Below, piece after piece: positions 7,604 through 17,218 of a stretch of DNA of 64,000 nucleotides (position 1 is the first letter of the stretch; every line of letters begins with the position of its first letter). The notes under the pieces were generated by a model. It was not told the DNA's origin. It saw nothing but the letters and a program-made list of their open reading frames with translations, and did not search any database. The stretch is taken from IMG/VR virus record IMGVR_UViG_3300029704_000004; one strand, given 5' to 3'. The stretch comes from a virus. A program made the translations under genes and the position numbers.

Positions 7604-10033
7604 ATGTTTAATAATTTAAGTTTTCAATTTCCTAAACAACAGGTTGATGCTGCTACTAAAGAGAAACCTGATTGGTACGCTAATAGTATAGATTATATTA
7701 TTGGTTTAGGACTTAGTTTGAATGATAGAACTGAGACTGAAACAATGCTCAATGTTCTACATGGAGATTTGCCACAAGAGTTTTATAAAAAGACTCTTAA
7801 TCCTTACAATGCAACTAATGAACGTTTTCAACGTTTTCCTGCAACTCTTCGTAATTATGATATTATGTCCGATATTATACGTAGATATATAGGAGAATAT
7901 TTTAAAGGAACTCATGAATTTGCAGTAGGAGCTAATAATCCTGATATAGTATTTGAAAGAAATCAAGCTTTGAAGGAAAAAGTAATGCAAGCAGCACAAC
8001 AAGCGTTTCAACAAGAGTTTGAACGTAAGTATAAAGAAGCTGTAGAACAAGCTCAAGGTCAAGGTCAATCTCCTGAAAGTATAAATCCTCAAGAAGTAAT
8101 GCCAGACCCAGAAGAGTTTATTGCTAAGTTTAATCAAGATTATATTGATAAAGAAAGTAAGCAAGGTCAAGATATTCTTAATTATATTAGAGACCTTACA
8201 AATGATGCTCAAATATATCTTACTGCTTTCTTTAATTATTGTTCTCTTGGTGAATGTTATACCTATACTGAACTTCGAGGAAATAAGATTATTAAGGAAT
8301 GTGTTCCAACTATTGAAGCGTTTCCGATTCCTAATAATCAATTTATGGTTGAAGACCATGATATGTTTGCAAGACGTATTATGATGTCATATAATCAAAT
8401 ACTTGATACTTTTGAAGATTATTTGACTGATAAAGATAGAGCTTATCTTGATGACCTTTATAATACTTCTCCAGGTGCTTCTACTAAAGTTGTTCAATTA
8501 GGATGGAATCAATTATTTGAGAAATATCCAGAAGTTTGTGGTAAGTTTACTGATAAAGAAAGAAATTTATATAAAACTCAATCTTTAACTCCAAGTGCAA
8601 ATAATAGTAATCTTTATGAAGTTTGGCATGTAGTTTGGAAAGGTTTTGCTCGTCAAGGTATTCTTACTTATACTAATGAACTTGGTTTCCAAGAACAAAG
8701 AATAGTTGAAGAAGATTATGAATTTAATCCAGAAGCTGGAGATATTGATATTGAATGGAAATATAAAACTCAAGTTTATGAAGGCTATCGTATAGGTACT
8801 CGTTATAATGGTATTTATCCTGTTAAAGCTAGACCTATTCTTTATGAACGTAAAGGTAAACTTCCATATAATGGTATTCAAGAACTTCTTCCTTATTGTG
8901 GAAAGTTTAGTATTATTCAAATAATTACTCCTTTCCAAGTTTTTAGAAATATTATTTCTTATCATCAAGAAATGGTAATAGCAAAGAACAAAATGTTGAT
9001 TTTGTTACTTCCAAAATCTCTTGTTTCTTCTGAAACAGAAGATGCTATTTATAGAATGGCAGCAGATGGTGTACTTCCTATAGATGATGAAGAAGACGCA
9101 GCAGGTGTTAAGATGCAAAACATTAGATTACTTAATGCTAATATGGGACAATACATAACAGAACTTAGTAATCTTAATGAAGCAATTAAACAAGAAGCTA
9201 GAGAGCTTGTTGATATGAATGCTCAACGTTATGGTCAAATAGCTCAATCTGCTGGAGCTTCTACAACTCAAAATGCTATTAGTCAATCAAGTACTGGTTC
9301 TGTTTTAATATTCCAAATGTTTGACCTTTTAAGATGTGCTGATTATAATAGAGATTTAGACTTTGCTAAATGTGCTTATATTGAAGGTCTTGAAACATCT
9401 TATATTGATAAGACAACTGGTAAGAAACATTATCTTAGTCTTGATGTTAATAGTTTTGTTAATTCTGACTATTCTACTACTGTTAGAAATAATGGTAAAG
9501 AAATGGATAAGATTCAACAACTTAAACAATGGGCGTTTAGTGCTGCACAAAATGGAGATTTAGAATCTGCTCTTGCAGCTATTCAAGGAGATAATGTTGC
9601 AGCTATTTCTGATAGTATTAGACAATTCTCTGAAATTAGAAGGCAGCATGAGGAACAAATGAAGCAAATGGACCAGGCAATTCAAGAACAAGCTAATCAA
9701 CTGAAGCTTCAAGAGATTTCTGCTAAGGGAGAACAAGATAGACAAACACTTGCTCTTAAAGCACAATATGATTTACAACTTGAATATGCTAAAGGCGATA
9801 TAGCTTTACTTGGAGATGCAAATCCTCAAAACGATGATTATGCTAAAACTCAATTAGCTAAACTTCAGGAGGAAAGTAAGAGAGCTAGTGAAGCTGCTAA
9901 ACTTCAACTTGAACGTCAAAAACTTGCAATGGATGCTTATAATAAAGCAGCAGATAGACAAATTAAAAGAGAAGAAATGGATAATCAATTAAAGATTGCC
10001 AAGACTAATAAGAACAAGTATGATAAGAAATAG
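7604..10033 (+). CDS. portal protein
   Basis: The 809-aa ORF starts 3 nt after the terminase stop and has a long charged coiled-coil C-terminus. The assignment rests on size and position. Confidence 0.7.
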   Translation: MFNNLSFQFPKQQVDAATKEKPDWYANSIDYIIGLGLSLNDRTETETMLNVLHGDLPQEFYKKTLNPYNATNERFQRFPATLRNYDIMSDIIRRYIGEYFKGTHEFAVGANNPDIVFERNQALKEKVMQAAQQAFQQEFERKYKEAVEQAQGQGQSPESINPQEVMPDPEEFIAKFNQDYIDKESKQGQDILNYIRDLTNDAQIYLTAFFNYCSLGECYTYTELRGNKIIKECVPTIEAFPIPNNQFMVEDHDMFARRIMMSYNQILDTFEDYLTDKDRAYLDDLYNTSPGASTKVVQLGWNQLFEKYPEVCGKFTDKERNLYKTQSLTPSANNSNLYEVWHVVWKGFARQGILTYTNELGFQEQRIVEEDYEFNPEAGDIDIEWKYKTQVYEGYRIGTRYNGIYPVKARPILYERKGKLPYNGIQELLPYCGKFSIIQIITPFQVFRNIISYHQEMVIAKNKMLILLLPKSLVSSETEDAIYRMAADGVLPIDDEEDAAGVKMQNIRLLNANMGQYITELSNLNEAIKQEARELVDMNAQRYGQIAQSAGASTTQNAISQSSTGSVLIFQMFDLLRCADYNRDLDFAKCAYIEGLETSYIDKTTGKKHYLSLDVNSFVNSDYSTTVRNNGKEMDKIQQLKQWAFSAAQNGDLESALAAIQGDNVAAISDSIRQFSEIRRQHEEQMKQMDQAIQEQANQLKLQEISAKGEQDRQTLALKAQYDLQLEYAKGDIALLGDANPQNDDYAKTQLAKLQEESKRASEAAKLQLERQKLAMDAYNKAADRQIKREEMDNQLKIAKTNKNKYDKK

Positions 10034-10065
10034 GTTTTGTTTTATTATTTGTTGATTAATGTGTG

Positions 10066-10098
10066 AGAGTAGTGCTCGTGAGGGTACTACTCTTTTTT
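10066..10098 (+). terminator. rho-independent terminator
   Basis: Stem AGAGTAGT/ACTACTCT with a 12-nt loop, followed by T6. It lies 33 nt after the portal stop. Confidence 0.7.
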
Positions 10099-10180
10099 AT
10101 TATCTGTCTATAAAATATTTAATATTTCAAATTCGTCTGTAAGACGTTCAATCATATTTCGTGAATAACTTATCATCGAA

Positions 10181-10188
10181 TATATTTG
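10181..10188 (+). promoter_or_regulatory. possible -7 box abutting repeat copy D
   Basis: TATATTTG is followed by AG rather than the CA seen at the other boxes. It is contiguous with the AGCCGCCCCGTAAAAGG of copy D. Confidence 0.25.
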
Positions 10189-10214
10189 AGAGCCGCCCCG
10201 TAAAAGGAATTACG
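10188..10214 (-). repeat. GC-rich dispersed repeat, copy D (- orientation)
   Basis: The + strand reads GAGAGCCGCCCCGTAAAAGGAATTACG. Intergenic, downstream of the portal terminator. Confidence 0.9.
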
Positions 10215-10425
10215 CTCTACGTCAATGTTTGTTTCTATGAAAGGCTTGTGAAAATCGATTTTAATTCATGCTTGATATAGAACTCATTAAAGCATGCAGT
10301 ACTGGAATTGCTTGAGGAACTAACATTAATAAGACTTTTATATAATAAGGTATACATTATTATATAGTCAATATTAATATATTATAAATAAGTAGACAAG
10401 ATATTGTTTATTAAAATAAAGTTTA

Positions 10426-10433
10426 TACTTTTG
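10426..10433 (+). promoter_or_regulatory. Bacteroidota-type -7 promoter box
   Basis: TACTTTTG followed by CA, 55 nt upstream of ATG 10488. Confidence 0.55.
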
Positions 10434-10487
10434 CAAACAAGTAACTGATGTTACTCTTTTTATTATTAATCATTAAATTATTATTTT

Positions 10488-11837
10488 ATGTTTGTATTTC
10501 GTAATACTCTTGGTTTTAAACCTCATACTCGTTTGATGGGTCCACTTGACGGAATTAATCTTGATTTTGGTGGTGGTGGAACTAATGCTCCAGACATCAA
10601 CGGAGGTGATAATAAAGGAGGCAATAAAGACGGTGATGGTACAGACCCTGAACCTCCTAGTAATAAAGACGGTGACGGAGACGGTAAAGACGGCGATGGA
10701 ACTGGTGATGGTGATGGGAAAGATAATCCTGATGATAAAGACAATAAAGGTAATGATACCACACCTTCTACGGGGGGGCTAGAGCCAGGTACTAATGTAG
10801 AGTTTGAAGGTCAAACTTATACAGTAGATGAAAATGGTAATCTCGTAGATAAAGATAATAAAGTTTTCAAAGAAGCTAAAGATGTAAAAGCTTGGATTGA
10901 TTCTCTTCAAGTAGAAGAACCTACTGATGAAATTAATCTTGCTGCTATTCAAAAGGCTCTTGATGTAGAACTTACTGATGAAGATGGTAAGCCTGCTGAA
11001 TTTGAAGATTCTATTGATGGTATCAAATCTTATGTAGATAAGGTTATTGAACTTAAAAACAATGAAGTAGCTCAAGCTGCAGTTAATAAAGTATTTACTG
11101 ATAATCCTATTCTCAAGCAATTTGTAGATTATCTTACTGTAAATAATGGAGACCCTCGTGGTTTTGGTGAACGTTCAGACCGTAGTTCTATTACAGTAGA
11201 TGAAAAGTCTGAGGAACAACAAATTGCTATTATTAAGACTGCTGCTAAAGAATTTGGTAATGCTAGTCTTAATGACAATTATATTAAGTATCTTAAAGAT
11301 TCAGGCGGTCTTTATGATGAAGCTAAACTTCAGTTAGCTAATCTTCAAGCTGCTGACAAACAACGTGACGAAGCTTACGCTAAACAAGCAGAAGCTGAAC
11401 GTCAAAGAGAAGAAGATGAAACTTTAGCTTATTGGAAAGATATTAAAGATGTTGTTACTAATCGTAAGATTGGTAATTATACATTACCTGAAACTCTTGT
11501 TCGCACAGTTAATGGTCAGAAAGTTACTGTTACTCCTAATGACTTTTATGACTATCTTTATCGTCAGACTAAAGATGCTGATGGTGTTATTGCAACAGCT
11601 TATCAAAGAGATTTGGCTGCTAAGTCTGCTGAACAAGAACGTGATGAAGAACTTCTTAGTGCTTGGTTGATGTATACAGGTGGAACTTATGAAGACCTAG
11701 TAAAAATGGCTATTAATGAGGAAAAAGTAAAAACCCTCAAATTAGTGAACAAACAAAGTAAAGGTCGTGGCACTGTACGAATTACTAAACCAGCAAGTGC
11801 TAATCATAAAGCTATTGATGATATTCAATTTAGCTAA
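10488..11837 (+). CDS. scaffold-like head assembly protein with Gly/Asp-rich N-terminus
   Basis: The gene sits between portal and capsid genes. It has a low-complexity GDGxDG N-terminal ~95 aa and a charged coiled coil (QAADKQRDEAYAKQAEAERQREEDE). The function is positional inference. Confidence 0.4.
   Translation: MFVFRNTLGFKPHTRLMGPLDGINLDFGGGGTNAPDINGGDNKGGNKDGDGTDPEPPSNKDGDGDGKDGDGTGDGDGKDNPDDKDNKGNDTTPSTGGLEPGTNVEFEGQTYTVDENGNLVDKDNKVFKEAKDVKAWIDSLQVEEPTDEINLAAIQKALDVELTDEDGKPAEFEDSIDGIKSYVDKVIELKNNEVAQAAVNKVFTDNPILKQFVDYLTVNNGDPRGFGERSDRSSITVDEKSEEQQIAIIKTAAKEFGNASLNDNYIKYLKDSGGLYDEAKLQLANLQAADKQRDEAYAKQAEAERQREEDETLAYWKDIKDVVTNRKIGNYTLPETLVRTVNGQKVTVTPNDFYDYLYRQTKDADGVIATAYQRDLAAKSAEQERDEELLSAWLMYTGGTYEDLVKMAINEEKVKTLKLVNKQSKGRGTVRITKPASANHKAIDDIQFS
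10761..10785 (+). repeat. GC-rich dispersed repeat, copy E (+, G7, one core mismatch)
   Basis: ACACCTTCTACGGGGGGGCTAGAGC, read in frame as STGGLE at the end of the low-complexity N-terminus. Confidence 0.8.
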
Positions 11838-11871
11838 TCAATTTAATGTTTAACAAATAAATTAATTAAGT

Positions 11872-13350
11872 ATGTACGCAATTCGTGAAGTGCAACGTGG
11901 TAACTATGATGACAGAGGTTATTCTAATGAGGAAACCATTGCTCATCTTATGTTATCTAAACCTAGTGAGATTAATTCTATGCTCACCTATACTTTTGGT
12001 ATGGATGATGATAGATTTCCACTTAATTTCTTGACTGAAGGTCAAGGTGCTGCTGGTACAGTAGATATTGATACTACTGATTGGACTTGGAAGACTATGG
12101 GTCGTATGAAGTTCAATGATACTGTACTTTGGTTTAATACTGCTAATACAACTCCTGGTAAAGGTGGTGCTTTCTTTGAAGTTGAATTTAGAACTCATTG
12201 GTTTATTGAGCAGTATGGTTTGATTGCTCCTGATGGTGTAACTCAGGTTCGTATTATGAAAGACCTTGGTAAAGGCGCTCATGGTGGTTATCTTTATCGT
12301 CTTCGTATTGCAAATCCAAATCCAAATGCTTATGTTGATGTAACTAAGAACTTGGCTGTAGGTAAGAGTTGGTCTTTGACTGCTCCAACTATTCCAGAGA
12401 GTTATTCTAAGGGTAATCGTACTAATACTATGGGACCTGGTAAAATGACTTCTCAACTTGAGTTCCATCGTTTTAGTAAAGAGATTGCTGGTAACATTGC
12501 TAATACAGTAGTTACTTATGAGTTTAAGACTGCTAGTGGTGGTACTACTAATCTTTGGATTAATGAGGAGATGCGCCAGTTCGAGCTTCAACAGAGAGTA
12601 ATGAATGAGGAACGTCTTTGGTTCGCAGAGTACAACAAGACTATTAACGGTGAAATTACAATGGTTGACCCAGATAATGGACAGCCTATTCCTTATACTG
12701 CTGGTATGCAGCAAATTTGCCGTGAAAGTAACTATGATACTTATGGAGAGGAACTTACTCTTAATAAGTTGAATCGTACTATTGGTGATATTCTTGATAA
12801 GGATACTGATACAGGTAAAATGGATATTGTTCTTGCTTGTGGTAAAGGTTTCGTAGAAGACTTTGATAGAGCTATTAAGAATGATGCTAAGGATAGTGGT
12901 TTTGTTACTCCTCTTGGTGATAAGATGATTCAGCAATCTGCAACTGGTCTTACTTATGGTAATTACTTCCGTCAGTATAAGACTGTTGATGGTCACATTA
13001 TTACTTTGAAACATTTGTCATTCCTTGACCGTGGTACATTTGCAGATAATGCTAAAGCTAATGGTGATATTCATCCTCGTACTGGTTATCCAATGACTTC
13101 TCACCAAGCATTTATGCTTGATACTTCTTCTTATGATGGTCACAATAATATTCGTAAGGTACGTAAGAAGGGTCAGGTTTATATTAATGGTGTAATTAAG
13201 GGTCTTACTCCTATTCCTGCTTCTTGGGGTGCAGTTCCTACTAATTCTCTTGCAACTGATATTGACTGCTCTCGTTATGAGGTTAAGAACTCATACGGTC
13301 TGCAAGTAGATAAGGCAACTAAGTTCTTCCAGTTGAAGTGTGTATTGTAA
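11872..13350 (+). CDS. major capsid protein
   Basis: 492 aa with the most biased, GC-richer codon usage in the window (ggt/cgt/ctt/act), suggesting high expression. It follows the scaffold-like gene in the TerL-portal-X-MCP order typical of crAss-like phages. Confidence 0.7.
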   Translation: MYAIREVQRGNYDDRGYSNEETIAHLMLSKPSEINSMLTYTFGMDDDRFPLNFLTEGQGAAGTVDIDTTDWTWKTMGRMKFNDTVLWFNTANTTPGKGGAFFEVEFRTHWFIEQYGLIAPDGVTQVRIMKDLGKGAHGGYLYRLRIANPNPNAYVDVTKNLAVGKSWSLTAPTIPESYSKGNRTNTMGPGKMTSQLEFHRFSKEIAGNIANTVVTYEFKTASGGTTNLWINEEMRQFELQQRVMNEERLWFAEYNKTINGEITMVDPDNGQPIPYTAGMQQICRESNYDTYGEELTLNKLNRTIGDILDKDTDTGKMDIVLACGKGFVEDFDRAIKNDAKDSGFVTPLGDKMIQQSATGLTYGNYFRQYKTVDGHIITLKHLSFLDRGTFADNAKANGDIHPRTGYPMTSHQAFMLDTSSYDGHNNIRKVRKKGQVYINGVIKGLTPIPASWGAVPTNSLATDIDCSRYEVKNSYGLQVDKATKFFQLKCVL

Positions 13351-13372
13351 TAACTAATAAATAAATTAAACT

Positions 13373-14497
13373 ATGAGTGATATTAAAATTCCAGACTTGA
13401 ATATTCCTACTCCTCAAAATAGTAATGCTCCTACAGATAAAACTGTTGCACAAGAAGAAGCTGAGAAGCAAGCTGCTTTAGAAGCTGAACTCGAAGCTGA
13501 ATATATTGATAAACGACAGATTATTATTGCTTCTGTTCTTAATTATTCTGCTTATCGTAGAATTAATATGGCAGCTCTTGGAAAGCCACGTAACACCATT
13601 GGTTCTTCTGTTAATTCAGTTCGTAAACTTATGTCTAATAAAGGTGAAGTTGAACATTACTTCCCAGAGTTAGTTGGTGTTGCTTCTAACAATCCAGAGT
13701 TTATTACTAGAGTTAAGAATTATCTTAATAATATCTTCTTTGATGTTCGTGATACTGAAAGAACTATTGATGTATCTTTCCGTTATCGTCATAAGAAAGA
13801 TTATCTAGAAATTCATAAGGCAGAAGAGAAGATTTGGGAAACTTATAATGCAGTTGACCGTTCTAATACGGCTAAACTTTATGAAGCTGCTGTAATTCGA
13901 GATAATGATTTATTTATGCTCGAAAGCAAGAAGTATCAATATGGTGACCCACTTAATCTTGAACAATATATTCTTTATCGTCATTGTCTTAATTATCCAG
14001 ATGTAGCTAAAGATGAAGCTTTCATTAATTCTAATGCTAATCTTCGTTTCTATATTAAGGATAAGAATAAGGAAGAAGTTCGTAAGAATAAACTTATTAA
14101 AGAACAGCAGGCTGCTCTTAGACATCTTGTTGAACTTCAAGCTTCTCCTGTTAAGACAAATGCAGTTTACGTTGAATATTGTATTTACAGTGGTATTAGT
14201 CTTTCTGATGGTCTTTCTAAGACGGCTCTTATTCAATCTAAAGAATTGATGGATTTTGCTACTACAAACCCTCGTAAGTTCAATGAGTTCGTAAACGATA
14301 AGAATCTTCTTGATAAAGCATTTATTGAAACTCTTATTACAAGAGGTGAACTTGTTCGTTCTGATTTCAATCAACAAATTAGTACACCTGATGGAGAGTT
14401 TATTGGAGCAAATATTAATGAAGCTATTAGTTATTTCAAGAATCCAAATAATGCTGGTCTAAAGACCAAGTTAGAAAATAAGTTGAAACTGATTTAA
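13373..14497 (+). CDS. head-module protein of unknown function (374 aa)
   Basis: Tightly packed after the capsid gene. No motif recognised. Confidence 0.6.
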   Translation: MSDIKIPDLNIPTPQNSNAPTDKTVAQEEAEKQAALEAELEAEYIDKRQIIIASVLNYSAYRRINMAALGKPRNTIGSSVNSVRKLMSNKGEVEHYFPELVGVASNNPEFITRVKNYLNNIFFDVRDTERTIDVSFRYRHKKDYLEIHKAEEKIWETYNAVDRSNTAKLYEAAVIRDNDLFMLESKKYQYGDPLNLEQYILYRHCLNYPDVAKDEAFINSNANLRFYIKDKNKEEVRKNKLIKEQQAALRHLVELQASPVKTNAVYVEYCIYSGISLSDGLSKTALIQSKELMDFATTNPRKFNEFVNDKNLLDKAFIETLITRGELVRSDFNQQISTPDGEFIGANINEAISYFKNPNNAGLKTKLENKLKLI

Positions 14498-14508
14498 TAT
14501 AAATAGAT

Positions 14509-15357
14509 ATGGATATTTCAGAAATGCACCAAATGTTTAGACAATATGCTCAACAGATGGGTATGCAGAATGTTAGAGCAATTTTGCCTGAACAGATTGA
14601 TTTATTTATCAATAATAGTATTTCTGATACCATAAATCAAGTTATTACTCAAAACATTGGTATTACTAATGATAGAGTAATTAGCGATGCTTCAAAACTT
14701 AATCAAGTAAATGCCTTGAAGTCTTTGTATAAAGTATGGAAAGGTAGTATTGCTGATGTAACAATCAAAGGTAAGGAAAAAACTACTTATATTATTAGTT
14801 TTCAATTACCTTTGAATAATTTTAAAACTACTGGAACTTATACTGATGATGGTAATTCATCTACTGCAATTAGTTTTTTATATATGGTTGATTTATCAAT
14901 TAATTATAAGAAATCAGATTTTGTTACTAACGTATTTCCAGTTCGTATAGTTGATGACCAATTTGTTGCTGATGTAATTAATGATTTTGTTTTAGCTCCA
15001 ACAATGAGAAGTCCTGTGGCTTCAATTCACGATAGTCTTATTGAATTGTATATTGATAAGGCTGATGCTAAACCTGAGGATAGACAACCTTTCACTTTTA
15101 AAGGTGTAAGTATTAATGAACTTAGGCTTAGTTATATTGCAAAACCTGCTGTTGTTAGATTTGCTGAAGATGTTGATGGTACTAATGTAGATTGTGATTT
15201 ACCAGAGTACATGCACGTAGATATTGTTAAGCATGCAGTTGAACTTTATCAACTTGCTAAAAGTGGAAGTTTAGCTGCTGTTCAACAAGCTCAACAAAAT
15301 CAACAAAGAGAACAAGTAGCAAACAATTATCGTGAAGATGGTAATCAGAGACAATAA
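14509..15357 (+). CDS. head-module protein of unknown function (282 aa)
   Basis: Clean ORF in the head module. Function unknown. Confidence 0.6.
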   Translation: MDISEMHQMFRQYAQQMGMQNVRAILPEQIDLFINNSISDTINQVITQNIGITNDRVISDASKLNQVNALKSLYKVWKGSIADVTIKGKEKTTYIISFQLPLNNFKTTGTYTDDGNSSTAISFLYMVDLSINYKKSDFVTNVFPVRIVDDQFVADVINDFVLAPTMRSPVASIHDSLIELYIDKADAKPEDRQPFTFKGVSINELRLSYIAKPAVVRFAEDVDGTNVDCDLPEYMHVDIVKHAVELYQLAKSGSLAAVQQAQQNQQREQVANNYREDGNQRQ

Positions 15358-15380
15358 TAATAATTTAATAGAATAACAAT

Positions 15381-16232
15381 ATGAGACAATTATTTGTTGT
15401 AAAGAGTGAGGCAGTTATTGCTCCTAAAACAAGTGCAGCATTTGACCTTACTAAAGTTCCTGCTGGTTCTCTTGGTATCTTTGAACTTAATGATTTAAGC
15501 AAGTTCGTTTCAGATGCTAAATTGACTAAAAATTTTGGAATTGCTTATGGTCGTCCAAATAGTCAAGCTGTAGTACTTGAAGTTAATATTGATAGTCTTA
15601 TTGTAACTAAAGTTACTAAGACTGCTGGTACTAAGTTTAGTGCTAACATTACAATTCCTGCTCCTGTAACTGGTAAGGATTATAGTATTGAGCTTGTTAA
15701 GCTTAATACTACAAAACATGAGCGTCGTGAGTGGACAGCTACTACTCGTTGTAAAATCGGTGATACTGCTGAGACAGTTGCTGCTCGTTTGCAGAAGGAG
15801 TTGGCTGCTAAGGTAGAAAATCAAAATGTAGGTGTTACTATTAGTACAGCTACTATTACTGCTACATCTAAGGATTATCAACCTTGGGAATTGATAGCAG
15901 TTGATGATTTGTATGGCACTACAGTTACTACTACAACTAAGGGTTCCGCTCCAACTTGTGATAAAGCTTATATTCAGAACCTTGCTTCTGAGGCAGCTCA
16001 GAATAGAGGATTTAACAATACTCTTGCTGATGGTGCAACTATTTATCCAGGTTATCCTATGGACGTAGATGCAGACGATTATACACTGTATCATCTTAGA
16101 TTTAAGAATCCTCGTGTTTATGGTCGTACTCGTGATGAAGCAGTTTGGCAAGAAGTAACTATTGCAGTTCCTACTGCTAATTCAGATTTTATTACAGCTG
16201 TTGAAACTGCCTTTGGACTTAGAGTTGATTAA
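15381..16232 (+). CDS. head-module protein, possibly an auxiliary or decoration protein (283 aa)
   Basis: Beta-rich composition and capsid-like codon bias. The function is inference only. Confidence 0.5.
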   Translation: MRQLFVVKSEAVIAPKTSAAFDLTKVPAGSLGIFELNDLSKFVSDAKLTKNFGIAYGRPNSQAVVLEVNIDSLIVTKVTKTAGTKFSANITIPAPVTGKDYSIELVKLNTTKHERREWTATTRCKIGDTAETVAARLQKELAAKVENQNVGVTISTATITATSKDYQPWELIAVDDLYGTTVTTTTKGSAPTCDKAYIQNLASEAAQNRGFNNTLADGATIYPGYPMDVDADDYTLYHLRFKNPRVYGRTRDEAVWQEVTIAVPTANSDFITAVETAFGLRVD

Positions 16233-16283
16233 GCTGATGATATGTAAAATTCAATAGGTAATAGTTTAGATGGGAATGAAGCT

Positions 16284-16312
16284 CTACATTCCTTTTACGG
16301 GGGGTCTAGAGC
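16284..16312 (+). repeat. GC-rich dispersed repeat, copy F (+, G6) nested in a larger hairpin
   Basis: CTACATTCCTTTTACGGGGGGTCTAGAGC. The outer arms GGGAATG-AA-GCTCTA (16272-16286) pair with TAGAGC-AA-CATTCCC (16307-16321). It lies 25 nt upstream of ATG 16337. Confidence 0.9.
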
Positions 16313-16336
16313 AACATTCCCATTAATTGTTTTGAT

Positions 16337-16960
16337 ATGGATGATTTTAATCAAGTTAATCAAATAGTATCTGATGCGATTAAGGATTCGTCTTATATAA
16401 CAGTTTTAATAAGTAGCGGAGTTTATATTCTTTATACTCTTATTATTAGACTAGTTGACCTATTTAAAGCTAAAGACAGAAATAAACCATTAATTCAAAT
16501 GGCTTCTGCTATTAAAGAAGTTAGTGAAAATGTAGTTAAACTTAATACTGTTTTAGATAAACAAATTCAAGATGCAGAAAGTAAAGAACTAACTAAAGTT
16601 CGTCAAGTTATAAGTTTAGCTTTTGATAGCTTTAGAGCTAATATTAGTAAGATTTGTAATGAAATTATTATTCATAATAATATTGAAGAAAATAGAGATT
16701 TAATTAGAGAGAATCTTTTTAAAACTATTAGTACTGAATATTATAAACTTTATAATGTTTTTTCTGCTTACGAAGTTGATGGAATTAATATTGCTACAAA
16801 AATTAAAGATGAATGGATTGACGATACAACTAAAGAATGTTTAGAAGTAATATACGATGGTCAAGATAAGGATGTCCGAATTGGACAAATTATTAATAAA
16901 CTTACTATTATTGCTAATGAACATTCTGTTTATGTAAATAATAAAGTTTTTAATCATTGA
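16337..16960 (+). CDS. membrane-anchored hypothetical protein (207 aa)
   Basis: N-terminal hydrophobic helix YITVLISSGVYILYTLIIRLV. Confidence 0.6.
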   Translation: MDDFNQVNQIVSDAIKDSSYITVLISSGVYILYTLIIRLVDLFKAKDRNKPLIQMASAIKEVSENVVKLNTVLDKQIQDAESKELTKVRQVISLAFDSFRANISKICNEIIIHNNIEENRDLIRENLFKTISTEYYKLYNVFSAYEVDGINIATKIKDEWIDDTTKECLEVIYDGQDKDVRIGQIINKLTIIANEHSVYVNNKVFNH

Positions 16961-16981
16961 ACTATTTAATAAGATGTTCTT

Positions 16982-17206
16982 ATGAATAACAGTGATGTCG
17001 CAAATATTCTCAAACAGGACCTTGAGAGAAAAGAATTTATTGGTGTTAAAACCGAGATAGTTCTTTCTTCTCAAGGTTATGTTATAAATGATAGTAAGAC
17101 TTGTAAATCTATTAGTAATCATATTCTTCAAGATTGTGTTGATAATTATGATTGTCTTACTGATGATAAATTAGAGGCAATTAGGTCTCAAGTAAATAAC
17201 GTTTAA
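16982..17206 (+). CDS. hypothetical protein (74 aa)
   Basis: ORF-track ORF in the dominant codon style. Confidence 0.5.
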   Translation: MNNSDVANILKQDLERKEFIGVKTEIVLSSQGYVINDSKTCKSISNHILQDCVDNYDCLTDDKLEAIRSQVNNV

Positions 17207-17218
17207 ATAGTAAGCCGT

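Noticed and set aside
10134-10146. Small hairpin CGTCT-GTA-AGACG (5-bp stem, 3-nt loop) as an N4-style hairpin promoter for a virion RNAP.
   Set aside because: It is a single occurrence with no repeated consensus elsewhere in the window, and it lies in a late-gene region. The evidence is insufficient.
11953-13014. 353-aa ORF on the - strand opposite the capsid gene, plus the many other - strand ORFs in the track (for example 15510-16151, 55816-56472 and 62257-62910).
   Set aside because: All of them lie antisense to long, well-behaved + strand genes. Their products are low-complexity and rich in Ile, Ser, Asn, Phe and Lys. None has a promoter box or a coupled neighbour. They are shadow ORFs caused by codon bias in AT-rich DNA.
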